Source: Eledone cirrhosa
Lineage: Eukaryota
Assembly: GCA_964016885.1 (NCBI GenBank)
Contig: OZ024745.1
Coordinates: 60,760,001-60,824,000 of the forward strand
DNA: 64,000 nt
Reading direction: 5' to 3'
Positions 13,877 to 26,418 of the stretch are shown piece after piece. Below the pieces are notes generated by a model, which had not been told where the DNA came from, made no database searches, and saw only the letters and a program-made list of their open reading frames with translations. Both the position numbers and the translations under genes were made by a program. Within the stretch, counting starts at the first letter, position 1, and each line of letters opens with the position of its first letter.

Positions 13877-15309
13877 TATTCATTAATTGTTAGAATAACC
13901 ATCACAACAAAGACCTTGCTTGAGCCTCGTCTTCAGTGTTGGCTTTCTTCTTTTTCATCTCATATCAGTTAAACATCTTGAGAGCGTAATGTTTGTTGAT
14001 GGAAGCTAGTCTACCCAGCTCTAACACATCACAGATGGTTGATCCTGGACAATATCAAGTACTGCATCTGGCTATATAACTTTCTTTGTGTGAGTATGTG
14101 TGTTAGTGTATGTGTCTACGTGCGTGTATACACATACATATTTACACACGTGTGCACATGACATATAACCAAACTAACACGTGTAATTTCCTAAACACGA
14201 TTTACATCCTTTATTTCACATACGTAAACGCACATACATATTCACACTCGACGCACAAACACACACACACACACGCACATACGCTCTCACACATTCACAA
14301 ACTGACAGTGTCAGTTTAGCCGAAAACGAGATAAATTCGATTTATGGGACACTTGTGAACTTTTCATTAGAAACGCCTGTTAAAAGGGTGGGGTGGGAGT
14401 GGGGTGGCAATGGGGTGGGGGAAAGTGACTGGAGCCTGTGTCATGTGATGTCACAGACGCCTTAAATCCCGGACGGTGCAGGAGTCCGGGCACTAACCGC
14501 CTCGTTGTCCCTGCGGACAGAATGGAAAAAGGCTTTGCCTTGAAGGGTGATGAAGGAGACCCGTTGTAATAGTAATTTCAACTCCGGGGAGGGGGGGGGG
14601 GGGCTCATTCACTTCTATGGGGGACGTTGGTCCAGGGTCCAAGAACGTCAGAGGTCTCCATTGCTACAGGTTCGACGACAAGCAAACCTGTAGGAGAGCG
14701 GCCGATATTTAGACAGTTTATGCTCTAGTGAACTTTGTATTAGAAATGTCTTCTTAGAAGGATGAGAAAGGTAAATGGTTGGAGCTTGTTATGAATAACC
14801 AAAGTCTAATTATTCCTCAGGAGTTCGTATTCTCTAACAAGCCGTACTACACTGGTCTATCTCTCTCTCTGCCCTCTCACTCGCTCACTCTCTGTCTGTA
14901 TTTCTCACCAAGATTTCGACACATAAATTTGGAGTCCACAGAGTTAATCGCAACAGCTAAGATAGAAACTCTCCGTATTTTCCTTTTCGACTACCAGCTT
15001 ATAGTCTTCACATTTAAAGTGATAGACACCTTCTTTTTCATCCCCTTATTCCCAAGAAGATCATGTGTGTGTGGATGTGGTGATGGGGGGGGGGGGAGTT
15101 CTCAGACACATTTTCTAGAGGATCCTATCAGAAACAAACCTCTTCAATTAATCCGGGTGTGTCCCCAAACGAGACAAACTGTGCCTATGGATATTATCCA
15201 ACCATATTGCTCGGGGCCTCTTGGTTGGTTTTGCCCGTAAAATCTATCCTACGATTCGTACCTTTGACATTCTCAATACATGTCCATAGTACTGCAGGTG
15301 TGATCCTTC

Positions 15310-16010
15310 GATACTTTATTTTATCGTCCCCGTAAGGATGAAAGGCAAAGCTAACCTCGATGGGATTTGTACCCAGAACGTAAAGAGCCGTATTTATATG
15401 CCGCAAGTTTGTTGTCCGACATTCTACCGATTCTGCCAATATACCACCCTCAGATAATAAATAACAATTGTTTCTACTTTTTGGCACAAGGCCAGCAATT
15501 ATCCAGTGCATTACTGGTACTTTATTTTATCGACCTCCATAAGGATAAAAGGCAAAGTTAACCTTGGCGGGATTTGAACTCAGAATGGAAAGGGCCGTAA
15601 CTCTATGCGTCAAAGCATGGCGTCCGACCCTCTACTGATACTGCCAATCCAACGCTGTTGGATAATAAATAATAATTGTTTCTACTTTTGGCACAAGGCC
15701 AGCAATTATTCCAGTGCATTACTGATACTTTATTTTATCGACCCCGTAAGGATGAAAGGCAAAGTTAACCTAGGCGGGATTTGAACTCAGAATGGCAAGG
15801 GCCGTAAATGATTTCTACTATAGGCACAAGGCCAATAATTTGGAGGGAGGGGAAAGTCGATTAAATCGACCCAGTACGTTACTGGTGCTTTATTTTATCG
15901 ATCCCGTAAGGATGAAAGGCAAAGCTAACATCAGAACGTAAAGAGCCGTAACTCTATGCCGCAAAGCATGTTGTCCGACGCTCTCCCGATACTGGCAATT
16001 CACCACCCTC
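15310..16010 (-). mobile_element. Cluster of four Meta-core SINE copies
   Basis: Repeated GTACTTTATTTTATCGACCCCGTAAGGATGAAAGGC core. Confidence 0.85.
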
Positions 16011-16328
16011 AGATAAATGATAATAATACAACCAAAGCTTTAAGGCAAATTATAACATTTTATTTGTTTTACGTACGTTTCCCCAAATGTAGGAAATAAC
16101 ATAGGAATTATTAAAATTATTTTATCATTTTAGTAAGATACGAGTATATGAAAATTAAATCGATATACAAGTAACGTTTCACAAATGCGAAAGGAAATGT
16201 AAAAAGAAAAAAAAATGAAAATAAATGAAAATATCCCTACATGTGGATCTTCGGAAATCTCAAAATGTATAAAACTACTTAAATTTAGGAGAGGAAAACA
16301 TCTCGTATGTAGATGTGTTGGGTTAAAA

Positions 16329-16498
16329 ACAAACCTGCCAACCTCTAAAAACCCAAACGGGGAGTACCATGAAAAATAGTTCACCAAAACGGGGAGAAAT
16401 GAGGCAGATGGGGAGATTTTTACATAATGAAAGCTATACCCATTTTCACAAGGGAAGGCATCTCTCATCCACCCCAAAGTGGTGAATTGACAGGTCTG
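16329..16498. mobile_element. MITE with CAGACCTG(C/T)CAAC termini
   Basis: Homologous to 17983-18136, 58867-59200, 59775-59942. Confidence 0.7.
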
Positions 16499-16570
16499 CT
16501 CACAAGACATTGATCAACTGGGGGGGTCTTAGTCACATGTACACACGCACGCGCGCACACACACACACAT

Positions 16571-16686
<116 letters not shown>

Positions 16687-17982
16687 CCTTGTTCTTGTTG
16701 GAAGCTATAGCAGAAGACACTTGCCAAAGGTGCTACACAGTGAGACTGAAGCCGAAATCTCACAGTTGCGGAGTGAACACTTTAACCAGACAGCCAAACC
16801 TGCGCCTATGCTTATTTTGTCAACACCGGTAGGATGGACACTAAGGTCAAAACGGATGGAGTTTGAACTCAATACAAAGGGAAAATGAAATGAAAACAAA
16901 ACATCGCTTTATTACTCGACCTCTTCTTTAGTGACCTTAATAGATATAATGTATATATGGGGGGGGGGGGGGGGTAGGATTTCAGGATTTCAGAGACTGG
17001 AGCTTCTGAAGTTGTAGGTCAATACGTAGTGAGAAGTGTGGAAAGGCGATGTGAACATGTGTGAATAGAGCATAATAAATGGAAAGGGGTGAGACGGTTG
17101 CCGGAAAGTAGGAGAGGAAATGTGTCAGCTGTCAGTGTCTTGTTAGTAGGACTCTCAAGAAAAGAACATAAAAATTGGTTTAAGGCAGGCGGCCATTCAT
17201 TAATATTTTCTACAGAATAGCAGTTGGCAAAATATTTTCTACAGAATAGCAGTTGGCAAAATATACTAATAATAGTTTCGTTTCTAATTTATGCACAAGG
17301 CCAGCAATTTGTGGTAAAAGGAAAATCGATTATACAGAACCCAATACCCAATACCCAATACCCAATACCTTACTGGAACTTTATTTTATCGACCCCTGAA
17401 AAGATGAAAAGCAAAGTTGACCTACGCAGGGTTTGACCTACGCAGGGTTTGAGCTCAAAACGTAAAATGCTGTACAAAATTTTGACGTTCTAACGATTCT
17501 ACCAATCTACTGCCCTATGATTTGTGGGAAGAGGAAAGCCTGTTATACCTCGAAAAAATGAATGGCAAATTCGACGTCGGTAGGATTTGAACTCAGAACA
17601 ATGAAAGTTGTAACTAAAGTATTTTGTTCAATGCTTTAACTGCTCGACCAGTCCACCGCCCTCACTAAATATATTTACAATGGACAACATCCAAATAATA
17701 ATTAGACAATTGTGCAAGTGAAATCTGTTGTAATGGTTAAAACAATACAAATCTGAACTGTAATTGTTTGCTGCACGTTTAAATATACTTTATCCATTTA
17801 ATGTTATAGTTGTTGATATTGTAGTTGTTTAACTCCGAGTCATCTCTGACAGAAAAGACTTATGAGTATAGAGGTATGGAGCAAAAATACTTTAGCTATT
17901 TGAATTTTGTAGTTGTTGATATTGTTGTTGTTTAAACCCGAGTCAGCTCTGATAGAGCAGACTTATGAGTATGGAGCAAATA

Positions 17983-18136
17983 TAGACCTGTCAACTCTCC
18001 CCGTCTCCCTGTTTTGGGGAAAATGAGTAGAGCTTTCATTATGCAAAATCTTCCCATTATGCCTCATTTCTCTCCATTTTGGAGGAACTTGTTTTCATGG
18101 TACTCCCCGTTAGGATTTTTAGAGGTTAGCAGTCTG
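17983..18136. mobile_element. MITE with CAGACCTG(C/T)CAAC termini
   Basis: Same family, opposite orientation to the 16329 copy. Confidence 0.65.
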
Positions 18137-18313
18137 TTAAGATAGCGGCTGGCTTCGTATTGTGAGGTGGTAATTTATATTTGGTTTTAATTTGTCACTT
18201 TACTTGGTCATTTATTTGTTAGTTTCATTGTTTGTTTCATCGGGTTTATCAATGATTTGTTTTTGTTCAAATTAAGACCATTCACGGTCTTAGTCACATG
18301 TACACATGCACGC

Positions 18314-19260
<947 letters not shown>

Positions 19261-19505
19261 GATATATATATATATTATATGATGTCACCGGATTCATACT
19301 GAACCCGGTCATTGAAATGATCATAGTATAATAAACCTTTTAAGGATTTACACCAGTCCAGCCTCCTGTTATTTTATAATAATTAACTCCGTACTCGCAC
19401 CACCAACTACACAAATGAAGACGGGTGAGTTGCATTACGTTGAGTGCTCTCCATAATATTACATCGAGATTGACCATTACATCTATCCAGTGGTCAACCA
19501 ACAAA

Positions 19506-19560
<55 letters not shown>

Positions 19561-19562
<2 letters not shown>

Positions 19563-19992
19563 ACCAAAGACAGAGACATCTAAGGAAGAGTGGTCTGGGG
19601 AACGGAAATGATGAGCGACAGGAGTATCCATACCAAGTCGTATGTCCCTCAAGTGTTCAGCGAAACAGGTTCGCCAAACGGTGACCTGTTTTTCTGATGT
19701 ATATGGACCTGCAAAGGGAACGCTGGAGGTCATAGACTACATTTGGTAGATGTGCAGGTGAAGGGGTGGTGGATACGGAATGAACCATTAAGGTCTGTGA
19801 GAGTGGTGAGGTTAGAAATGAAGGGAGAGGCTCAATCTTTCTATTTCTTCTTTAATTTCTCATTCTAATTTCTGAAGAAGGACTAACGCCCAAAACGTTA
19901 AGTTTCTTTTCCAACTACATCAAGCGTAAAACTAATAATACATTTCTTCATTGTGCTTCAGTGTCGTTTGCTTTGTTATTTCTGTTAGACTT

Positions 19993-19996
<4 letters not shown>
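19561..19996 (-). mobile_element. Neptune-like PLE GIY-YIG fragment (minus) joined to a plus-strand family C pLTR
   Basis: FTCTST.VVY...C...YI..TG....FAEHLRDIR...PVAHHF; pLTR with CTGAAGA-AGGAC..AAAACGTT at ~19870-19900; TA and CA flanks. Confidence 0.75.
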
Positions 19997-20058
<62 letters not shown>

Positions 20059-20061
20059 GAT

Positions 20062-20257
20062 AAAAGAGAAAAATGACATGACTGGTGGTTAATGTTCTTT
20101 AATTGTTCAATTCTTTACAGTAACTCGTTATTGATATTAGTTCTGGTAAGCCGAACTGATATCAATAACTACTTACCAGAACTAATATCAATAATGATTT
20201 ACTGTAAAGATTTGAACTATTAAAGAATACTAACCAGTGAAGTCATTCTTCTCTTTT
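20062..20257. repeat. Imperfect fold-back element between microsatellites
   Basis: ~85-bp inverted arms around ~20150-20170, extra tail on the right. Confidence 0.6.
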
Positions 20258-20614
20258 TTTATATATCGTATTGTACCAAGGAATTTCCATCACTTTCCAC
20301 TACATATATATAACAAAGAAAGTGTGGTAAGAAACCATGTGGACCATAACGCACCAGAATACTCGATACTTAGGGTAGTAGAGTGGGTAATAGGAAAAGA
20401 GTCAGGAACTGATTATACAGAGCGGTTGCCGGTCAAGCAGAAATTGAAAATTAGAATTGGTGCTCTGAAATAGCGATATATATATGAATGTATATATAGT
20501 GTATTTTGCAATACACTGTATGCTTAATTAAAAGCATTTCGAAGACCTTACGCTATTGTTTTAGAGTAGTGACAGTCTCACTTACTTTAATTTTCAGCAA
20601 ACAGGAGAGATAAA

Positions 20615-20648
20615 GCTGACAGAACTCTGTTTCGCACTTTTTCAGAGC
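20615..20648 (-). ncRNA. Ultra-minimal hammerhead-like motif lacking stem II
   Basis: GCT-CTGAAAA-AGTGC-GAAA-CAGA-GT-TCTG-TC-AGC; G8 not conserved. Confidence 0.4.
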
Positions 20649-20979
20649 ACCAATTCTAATTTTCAAAAAAAAAAAACCCACACACACACATACACACACA
20701 CATATATATATATATATTTTACTCCTCAGTGTCCCTCTTCTTTGTCGACACGTTGGACTACAGCCCTTATTATTCGCTTGCTTTATATTTCTCTCCTTTC
20801 TATAATTTTTCCTCTTTGTCGTACTCCATATTTGTGTAATTTGTCTCTACATGTTTTGATATGTCCCACTCTGAACTGAAATGAAAACCGTAGTGATTTC
20901 TAGAGCTTGACTGAAGAGATGGACAGCCCATCTTTTCGTTGTTTTTTTCCATTGTCTTTGTCCTGTGCACCCTTACTTG

Positions 20980-21043
<64 letters not shown>

Positions 21044-21146
21044 GTAATCTGAGTTTTTTGAATATTAATAATAACATTCGATTCGTTTGCAATTATGCAA
21101 ACAAGCCTCATTTTAAAAGCCATGTCAGTAGAATGAGCCCCTCATT

Positions 21147-21189
<43 letters not shown>

Positions 21190-21516
21190 GTATATATATA
21201 TTTATATTAGAATGATCGAGTATCGAAAAATCGGCGCACGAGTTCACGATAAACAAAATTCGAAATGAGCGGCAGAGGGCTCAATAATTCAGATGAATCA
21301 GAGCTATAACTATCGTTAAAATACCGTCACACATAGAACAAGTCTAAAATCAACCGTACGATAAAAAAATCGATAATAGAAGATTCGGGACAATCAGATA
21401 AAAAATATCAAAAAATCAATAATTTAAATGAATGTAAAATCATTTATATATATATATTTATATATATATGTATATATATATTTATATATATATATTTATA
21501 TATATATGTATATATA

Positions 21517-21582
<66 letters not shown>

Positions 21583-21592
21583 TATATATATT

Positions 21593-21624
<32 letters not shown>

Positions 21625-21684
21625 TATATATATATATTTATATATATATATTTATATATATATATATTTATATATATATATATT

Positions 21685-21913
<229 letters not shown>

Positions 21914-22497
21914 ATATTTATAGCGGCGATGAATTAGTTTTGCGAGGTTTTTTATATGAAATCGTGTGTCGAAACAGATATTGTTATATTTGGGGAGGGT
22001 CATATTTGCGTAATATTGCCAGAATTAATAACAGAACACACTCACTGTTTGGTTGGTTTTCGCTTCTCGCTGTCTTTTATATATATATATCTGCGATCTA
22101 ACTTACTCGGTCCTCAATGTTGCCATTGACTGACCGGCGGTCAAAAATAATACAGATACAATATAGACAAACACATATATATATAGTTTACATAAATCTT
22201 TCGTTGCACATCTGCAACATCGTCAGTGGTGTTATATTCATTGTTCCTCCTGTTGTGTTGTATGTCTACGCCATTTTTTTTTGTTCAGTCTGTCTATATA
22301 TTTATTTATTTATTTGCTTGTTTGTTTATCTTATTTTATTTTGTCTTCTTTGCGCATGCGTTTGCGTGTGTGTATAGTGTTATGTGTGATGTGTGACTAG
22401 TGTGTATAGTGTTGTCTGCTGGGTGACTAGTGTGTGTTTATGTGCTTGTGTATGTATTTATTTATCTTATTTTATTTTATTTAATTTACTTATTTAT

Positions 22498-22902
22498 TTA
22501 TACTTCTCTTAGGTCAGTGTTGTTTGTTTGGGTGTTGTTGTTGTTCCACTCATTCTTTCTGTTTAGCTTTGGTCTTCTAATTTCTATTTCACTGGCCTCT
22601 CTGATTTGCCTATCTGCTGGGTCATTCCTATGTTTAGATATTATTCTAATTTCTATGTTGTCTATGTTACCGTCATGATGTTGTCTAGCATGTTCGTATA
22701 GTACTGACCCGTTTTTTCGTCCTTTTAGTTCCCCCCAGTGTTGGTCTATCCTTTCACCTATGCTACGAGCTGTCTCACCTATGTATGTTGTTGTCGTGTT
22801 TCTGCAAGTACCCTCTGTACATCTTATGCTATAGACTACGTTTCTAGTTTTACAGTTTATCCGGGGGTTCACCTTACATATGATACATTTCCTATTGGTA
22901 CA
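22498..22902 (-). pseudogene. Inverted copy of PLE GIY-YIG endonuclease end
   Basis: Translation identical to the C-terminus of the 1209-aa ORF. Confidence 0.9.
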
Positions 22903-22976
22903 CTTTAATCAGTGAACAAGAACAACAAATCCTAAAGTTACCACCAAAATTTGCCATCTACAAAAAGATTAATCCT

Positions 22977-25925
22977 ATGGAATGCAAAACGGAGCTGGAA
23001 AAGTGTTTCACAAAAATACGTTGGAATGCAAAGGTAAACAACAACAACAATAATAACGGTAGTAGTAATATAAACAATAACTCTGGGTATAGAAATAACA
23101 GCCATAACCATAACGATGGCAGGAAAGTGAGAAATAGTGATAATGGTAATAATACTAGCGATAGACAGAACAACAACAACCACAATAATAATAATAATAG
23201 AAACGTTAACCACAGACACAGCAACAGTGACCACAGTAGTAATAACGGTAACAATACGAACAACAACAACAACAATAACCACAGTGGTAATAATGGAAAT
23301 AGTACATGTAGCAACATCAACAAAAACAAGAAACATAATAATAGTAACAACCACAATGGTAGAAATAGCAGTAACAACAACAATAACGGTGAAGTAAACA
23401 ACAATACATCTAGCAATCATAACAATAATAATATTAATGCTAAGGATAGAAACAACAACAACCACCATGATAACAATAATAGCAACACACACAACTATGA
23501 CGATAGAAATAACGACAACCCCTTAGAGAAACTATTTTTCAACCCAGCTGACAAAACATATAAGATGGGTAATATCTATCCTACGAGGTTACCCTTTAAT
23601 AAAAGAGTTTGCATACCACAACAAATAGATGACGAGACGGAGGCACAGTTCACCATAGCTAGAAATAAGATTAGACAAGTAGTAGACAGGTACACTATGA
23701 GACAGAGCAGACCAGAGGCCCAACAACTTGGGATAAAACCTGTAGAAGGCTTGGTTAGCCTCAAGCAGCGCACAAGGGATGGTGAGGTAGTGTGTCTACC
23801 CACAGATAAGTCTGGTAGGATGTCAATAGATAGCATGCCGAACTACATCGAGGCAATGCAACCCCACATCACCAACACGAGCGAAGTTGCACAACTAACA
23901 CACGATGGGAGAGAAAAAATCCTCAACGCTCACATGATGATGTGGACTGACATCCTAAAGCCAAGCAGACGCACTGCCAACAACTTCCAGGCGTCTAACA
24001 ATGGCATACCACCCTTGTATGGGCTCCGCAAAGACCACAAGACAGTCGACGACCCGACAATAGGACCACCAACAAGACCTGTATGCGGAGCTAATATAGC
24101 TAGCAACTACAGGATCTCCTACTTCCTCTCAATGGTTATACGCCCCATAATCAAGATGTCCCCAGATGTATGTGAAAGTACAGAGGACCTCCTCAGCAGA
24201 ATCAGTGAGTGCAACAAAAACAGGAGCCTATCCAACTGCATAATAGGCAGCATGGATGTGGTGTCACTGTACCCATCCATTAACATTGATTTTGCTGTGA
24301 AAAGATGTGTGGAGATGATCATTGAGAGTGAGGTGGAGTTCTGCGACGTCGACACAGACGAACTGGGCCTCCTACTTAGACTTACCTACGACACTGACTA
24401 CCTAGACAGCCATGACCTTAGATGTTTCTGCCCTAGTAGACCTATAAGAGGTAGACCCCCCACCATAACCTCAATGGCTAAAAAGACTCCCATAGGAAGG
24501 TGGATTGGGTGGACCAAAGCTATACGGACCCCCCAAAACACTGATCAGGTAAGAAAAATGGTCGCACATGCAATAGGGGCTAGTATCAAAACTACCCTAA
24601 AGGGCCACATATTTAAGTTCAATGAGAAAATCTACACCCAAAATGAGGGAGCAGCCATCGGCGTCAGCATAGCTGGCGATGTTGCCAACCTTTTCATGGT
24701 ATGGTGGGAAAGGAGACTTAAAGATCTCCTTAATGAAAGCTCCATAGACCTCATCATGTACTCTCGTTATGTAGACGATATCAATATAGTTATAAGAACA
24801 CCCCCACTAGAGAGCACTAACAAGTTTGATTTAGAACGTAGCACGATGGAAAGCATCCAGCAGATAGCTAATTCCATACACCAGAGTATAACTGTAACTA
24901 TAGACTTCCCTTCCAAACACCCTAACAATAGACTACCTGTATTAGACACAGAACTCTGGATTAACACTATAGACGAGAGAGCCCAAATTCTCCACTCACA
25001 CTATGCTAAACCCATGGCCTCCAAATACCTGATACTCAAAAACTCAGCAATGTCCAGTAGTGCTAAGTTTAATATTCTGATCGCAGATTTGGTACGAGTG
25101 ATGAAGAATGTGTCCAGCATGTGCGACCCAACAGAAATGGAAGGACACATCCAACACTTCATCAACCGCATGCAGTTCTCTGGCTACAACCAAAGAGACA
25201 GAGTCAGAGTATACGAAGGAGCCATGGAAAAGTATAAGACCCTCATAGAACTGGACATGAAAGGAATTTGCCCACTATACAGGAGCAAATCATGGAATAG
25301 CTTAGATAGGGCTAGACATAAGATAGGGAAGGCCACATCATGGTACGACAACCAGAGATATCAGAGTGTCATGTTTGTGGACGCCACCCCTGGAGGGAAA
25401 TTAGCTAACCAGTGTAGAAAGGCCCTGAGAAAGACCCACTTAAAAATAAAGGTGGTAGAAAAGCCAGGAACCACCATAAAATCCCTGATCAGCAAAACCT
25501 ACCCTTTTAAGAAAACCCACTGTACCAATAGGAAATGTATCATATGTAAGGTGAACCCCCGGATAAACTGTAAAACTAGAAACGTAGTCTATAGCATAAG
25601 ATGTACAGAGGGTACTTGCAGAAACACGACAACAACATACATAGGTGAGACAGCTCGTAGCATAGGTGAAAGGATAGACCAACACTGGGGGGAACTAAAA
25701 GGACGAAAAAACGGGTCAGTACTATACGAACATGCTAGACAACATCATGACGGTAACATAGACAACATAGAAATTAGAATAATATCTAAACATAGGAATG
25801 ACCCAGCAGATAGGCAAATCAGAGAGGCCAGTGAAATAGAAATTAGAAGACCAAAGCTAAACAGAAAGAATGAGTGGAACAACAACAACACCCAAACAAA
25901 CAACACTGACCTAAGAGAAGTATAA
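22977..25925 (+). CDS. 5'-truncated copy of PLE RT-GIY-YIG ORF (982 aa open)
   Basis: Matches residues 228-1209 of 26419-30048; true start lost at inversion junction. Confidence 0.85.
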   Translation: MECKTELEKCFTKIRWNAKVNNNNNNNGSSNINNNSGYRNNSHNHNDGRKVRNSDNGNNTSDRQNNNNHNNNNNRNVNHRHSNSDHSSNNGNNTNNNNNNNHSGNNGNSTCSNINKNKKHNNSNNHNGRNSSNNNNNGEVNNNTSSNHNNNNINAKDRNNNNHHDNNNSNTHNYDDRNNDNPLEKLFFNPADKTYKMGNIYPTRLPFNKRVCIPQQIDDETEAQFTIARNKIRQVVDRYTMRQSRPEAQQLGIKPVEGLVSLKQRTRDGEVVCLPTDKSGRMSIDSMPNYIEAMQPHITNTSEVAQLTHDGREKILNAHMMMWTDILKPSRRTANNFQASNNGIPPLYGLRKDHKTVDDPTIGPPTRPVCGANIASNYRISYFLSMVIRPIIKMSPDVCESTEDLLSRISECNKNRSLSNCIIGSMDVVSLYPSINIDFAVKRCVEMIIESEVEFCDVDTDELGLLLRLTYDTDYLDSHDLRCFCPSRPIRGRPPTITSMAKKTPIGRWIGWTKAIRTPQNTDQVRKMVAHAIGASIKTTLKGHIFKFNEKIYTQNEGAAIGVSIAGDVANLFMVWWERRLKDLLNESSIDLIMYSRYVDDINIVIRTPPLESTNKFDLERSTMESIQQIANSIHQSITVTIDFPSKHPNNRLPVLDTELWINTIDERAQILHSHYAKPMASKYLILKNSAMSSSAKFNILIADLVRVMKNVSSMCDPTEMEGHIQHFINRMQFSGYNQRDRVRVYEGAMEKYKTLIELDMKGICPLYRSKSWNSLDRARHKIGKATSWYDNQRYQSVMFVDATPGGKLANQCRKALRKTHLKIKVVEKPGTTIKSLISKTYPFKKTHCTNRKCIICKVNPRINCKTRNVVYSIRCTEGTCRNTTTTYIGETARSIGERIDQHWGELKGRKNGSVLYEHARQHHDGNIDNIEIRIISKHRNDPADRQIREASEIEIRRPKLNRKNEWNNNNTQTNNTDLREV

Positions 25926-26185
25926 ATAAATAAGTAAATTAAATTAAATAAAATAAGATAAATAAATACATACACAAGCACATAAACACACACTAGTCAC
26001 CCAGCAGACAACACTATACACACTAGTCACACATCACACATAACACTATACACACACGCAAACGCATGCGCAAAGAAGACAAAATAAAATAAGATAAACA
26101 AACAAGCAAATAAATAAATAAATATATAGACAGACTGAACAAAAAAAATGGCGTAGACATACAACACAACAGGAGGAACAATGAA

Positions 26186-26240
26186 TATAACACCACTGAC
26201 GATGTTGCAGATGTGCAACGAAAGATTTATGTAAACTATA
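26186..26240 (+). ncRNA. Hammerhead-like motif in PLE pLTR (family D; also 30309-30363 + and 22182-22236 -)
   Basis: CTGACGA-T-GTTGCA/TGCAAC-GAAA-GATT-TA; weak stem I (CA/TG plus distal TATA/TATA); stem II covaries in relatives. Confidence 0.65.
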
Positions 26241-26340
26241 TATATATGTGTTTGTCTATATTGTATCTGTATTATTTTTGACCGCCGGTCAGTCAATGGC
26301 AACATTGAGGACCGAGTAAGTTAGATCGCAGATATATATA

Positions 26341-26418
26341 TATAAAAGACAGCGAGAAGCGAAAACCAACCAAACAGTGAGTGTGTTCTGTTATTAATTC
26401 TGGCAATATTACGCAAAT
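26341..26418 (+). promoter_or_regulatory. Putative pLTR promoter: TATA box + Inr-like ACAGT upstream of ATG
   Basis: TATAAAAG at 26341, CAGT at 26375; identical 35-nt spacing in relative at 13245/13279. Confidence 0.4.
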
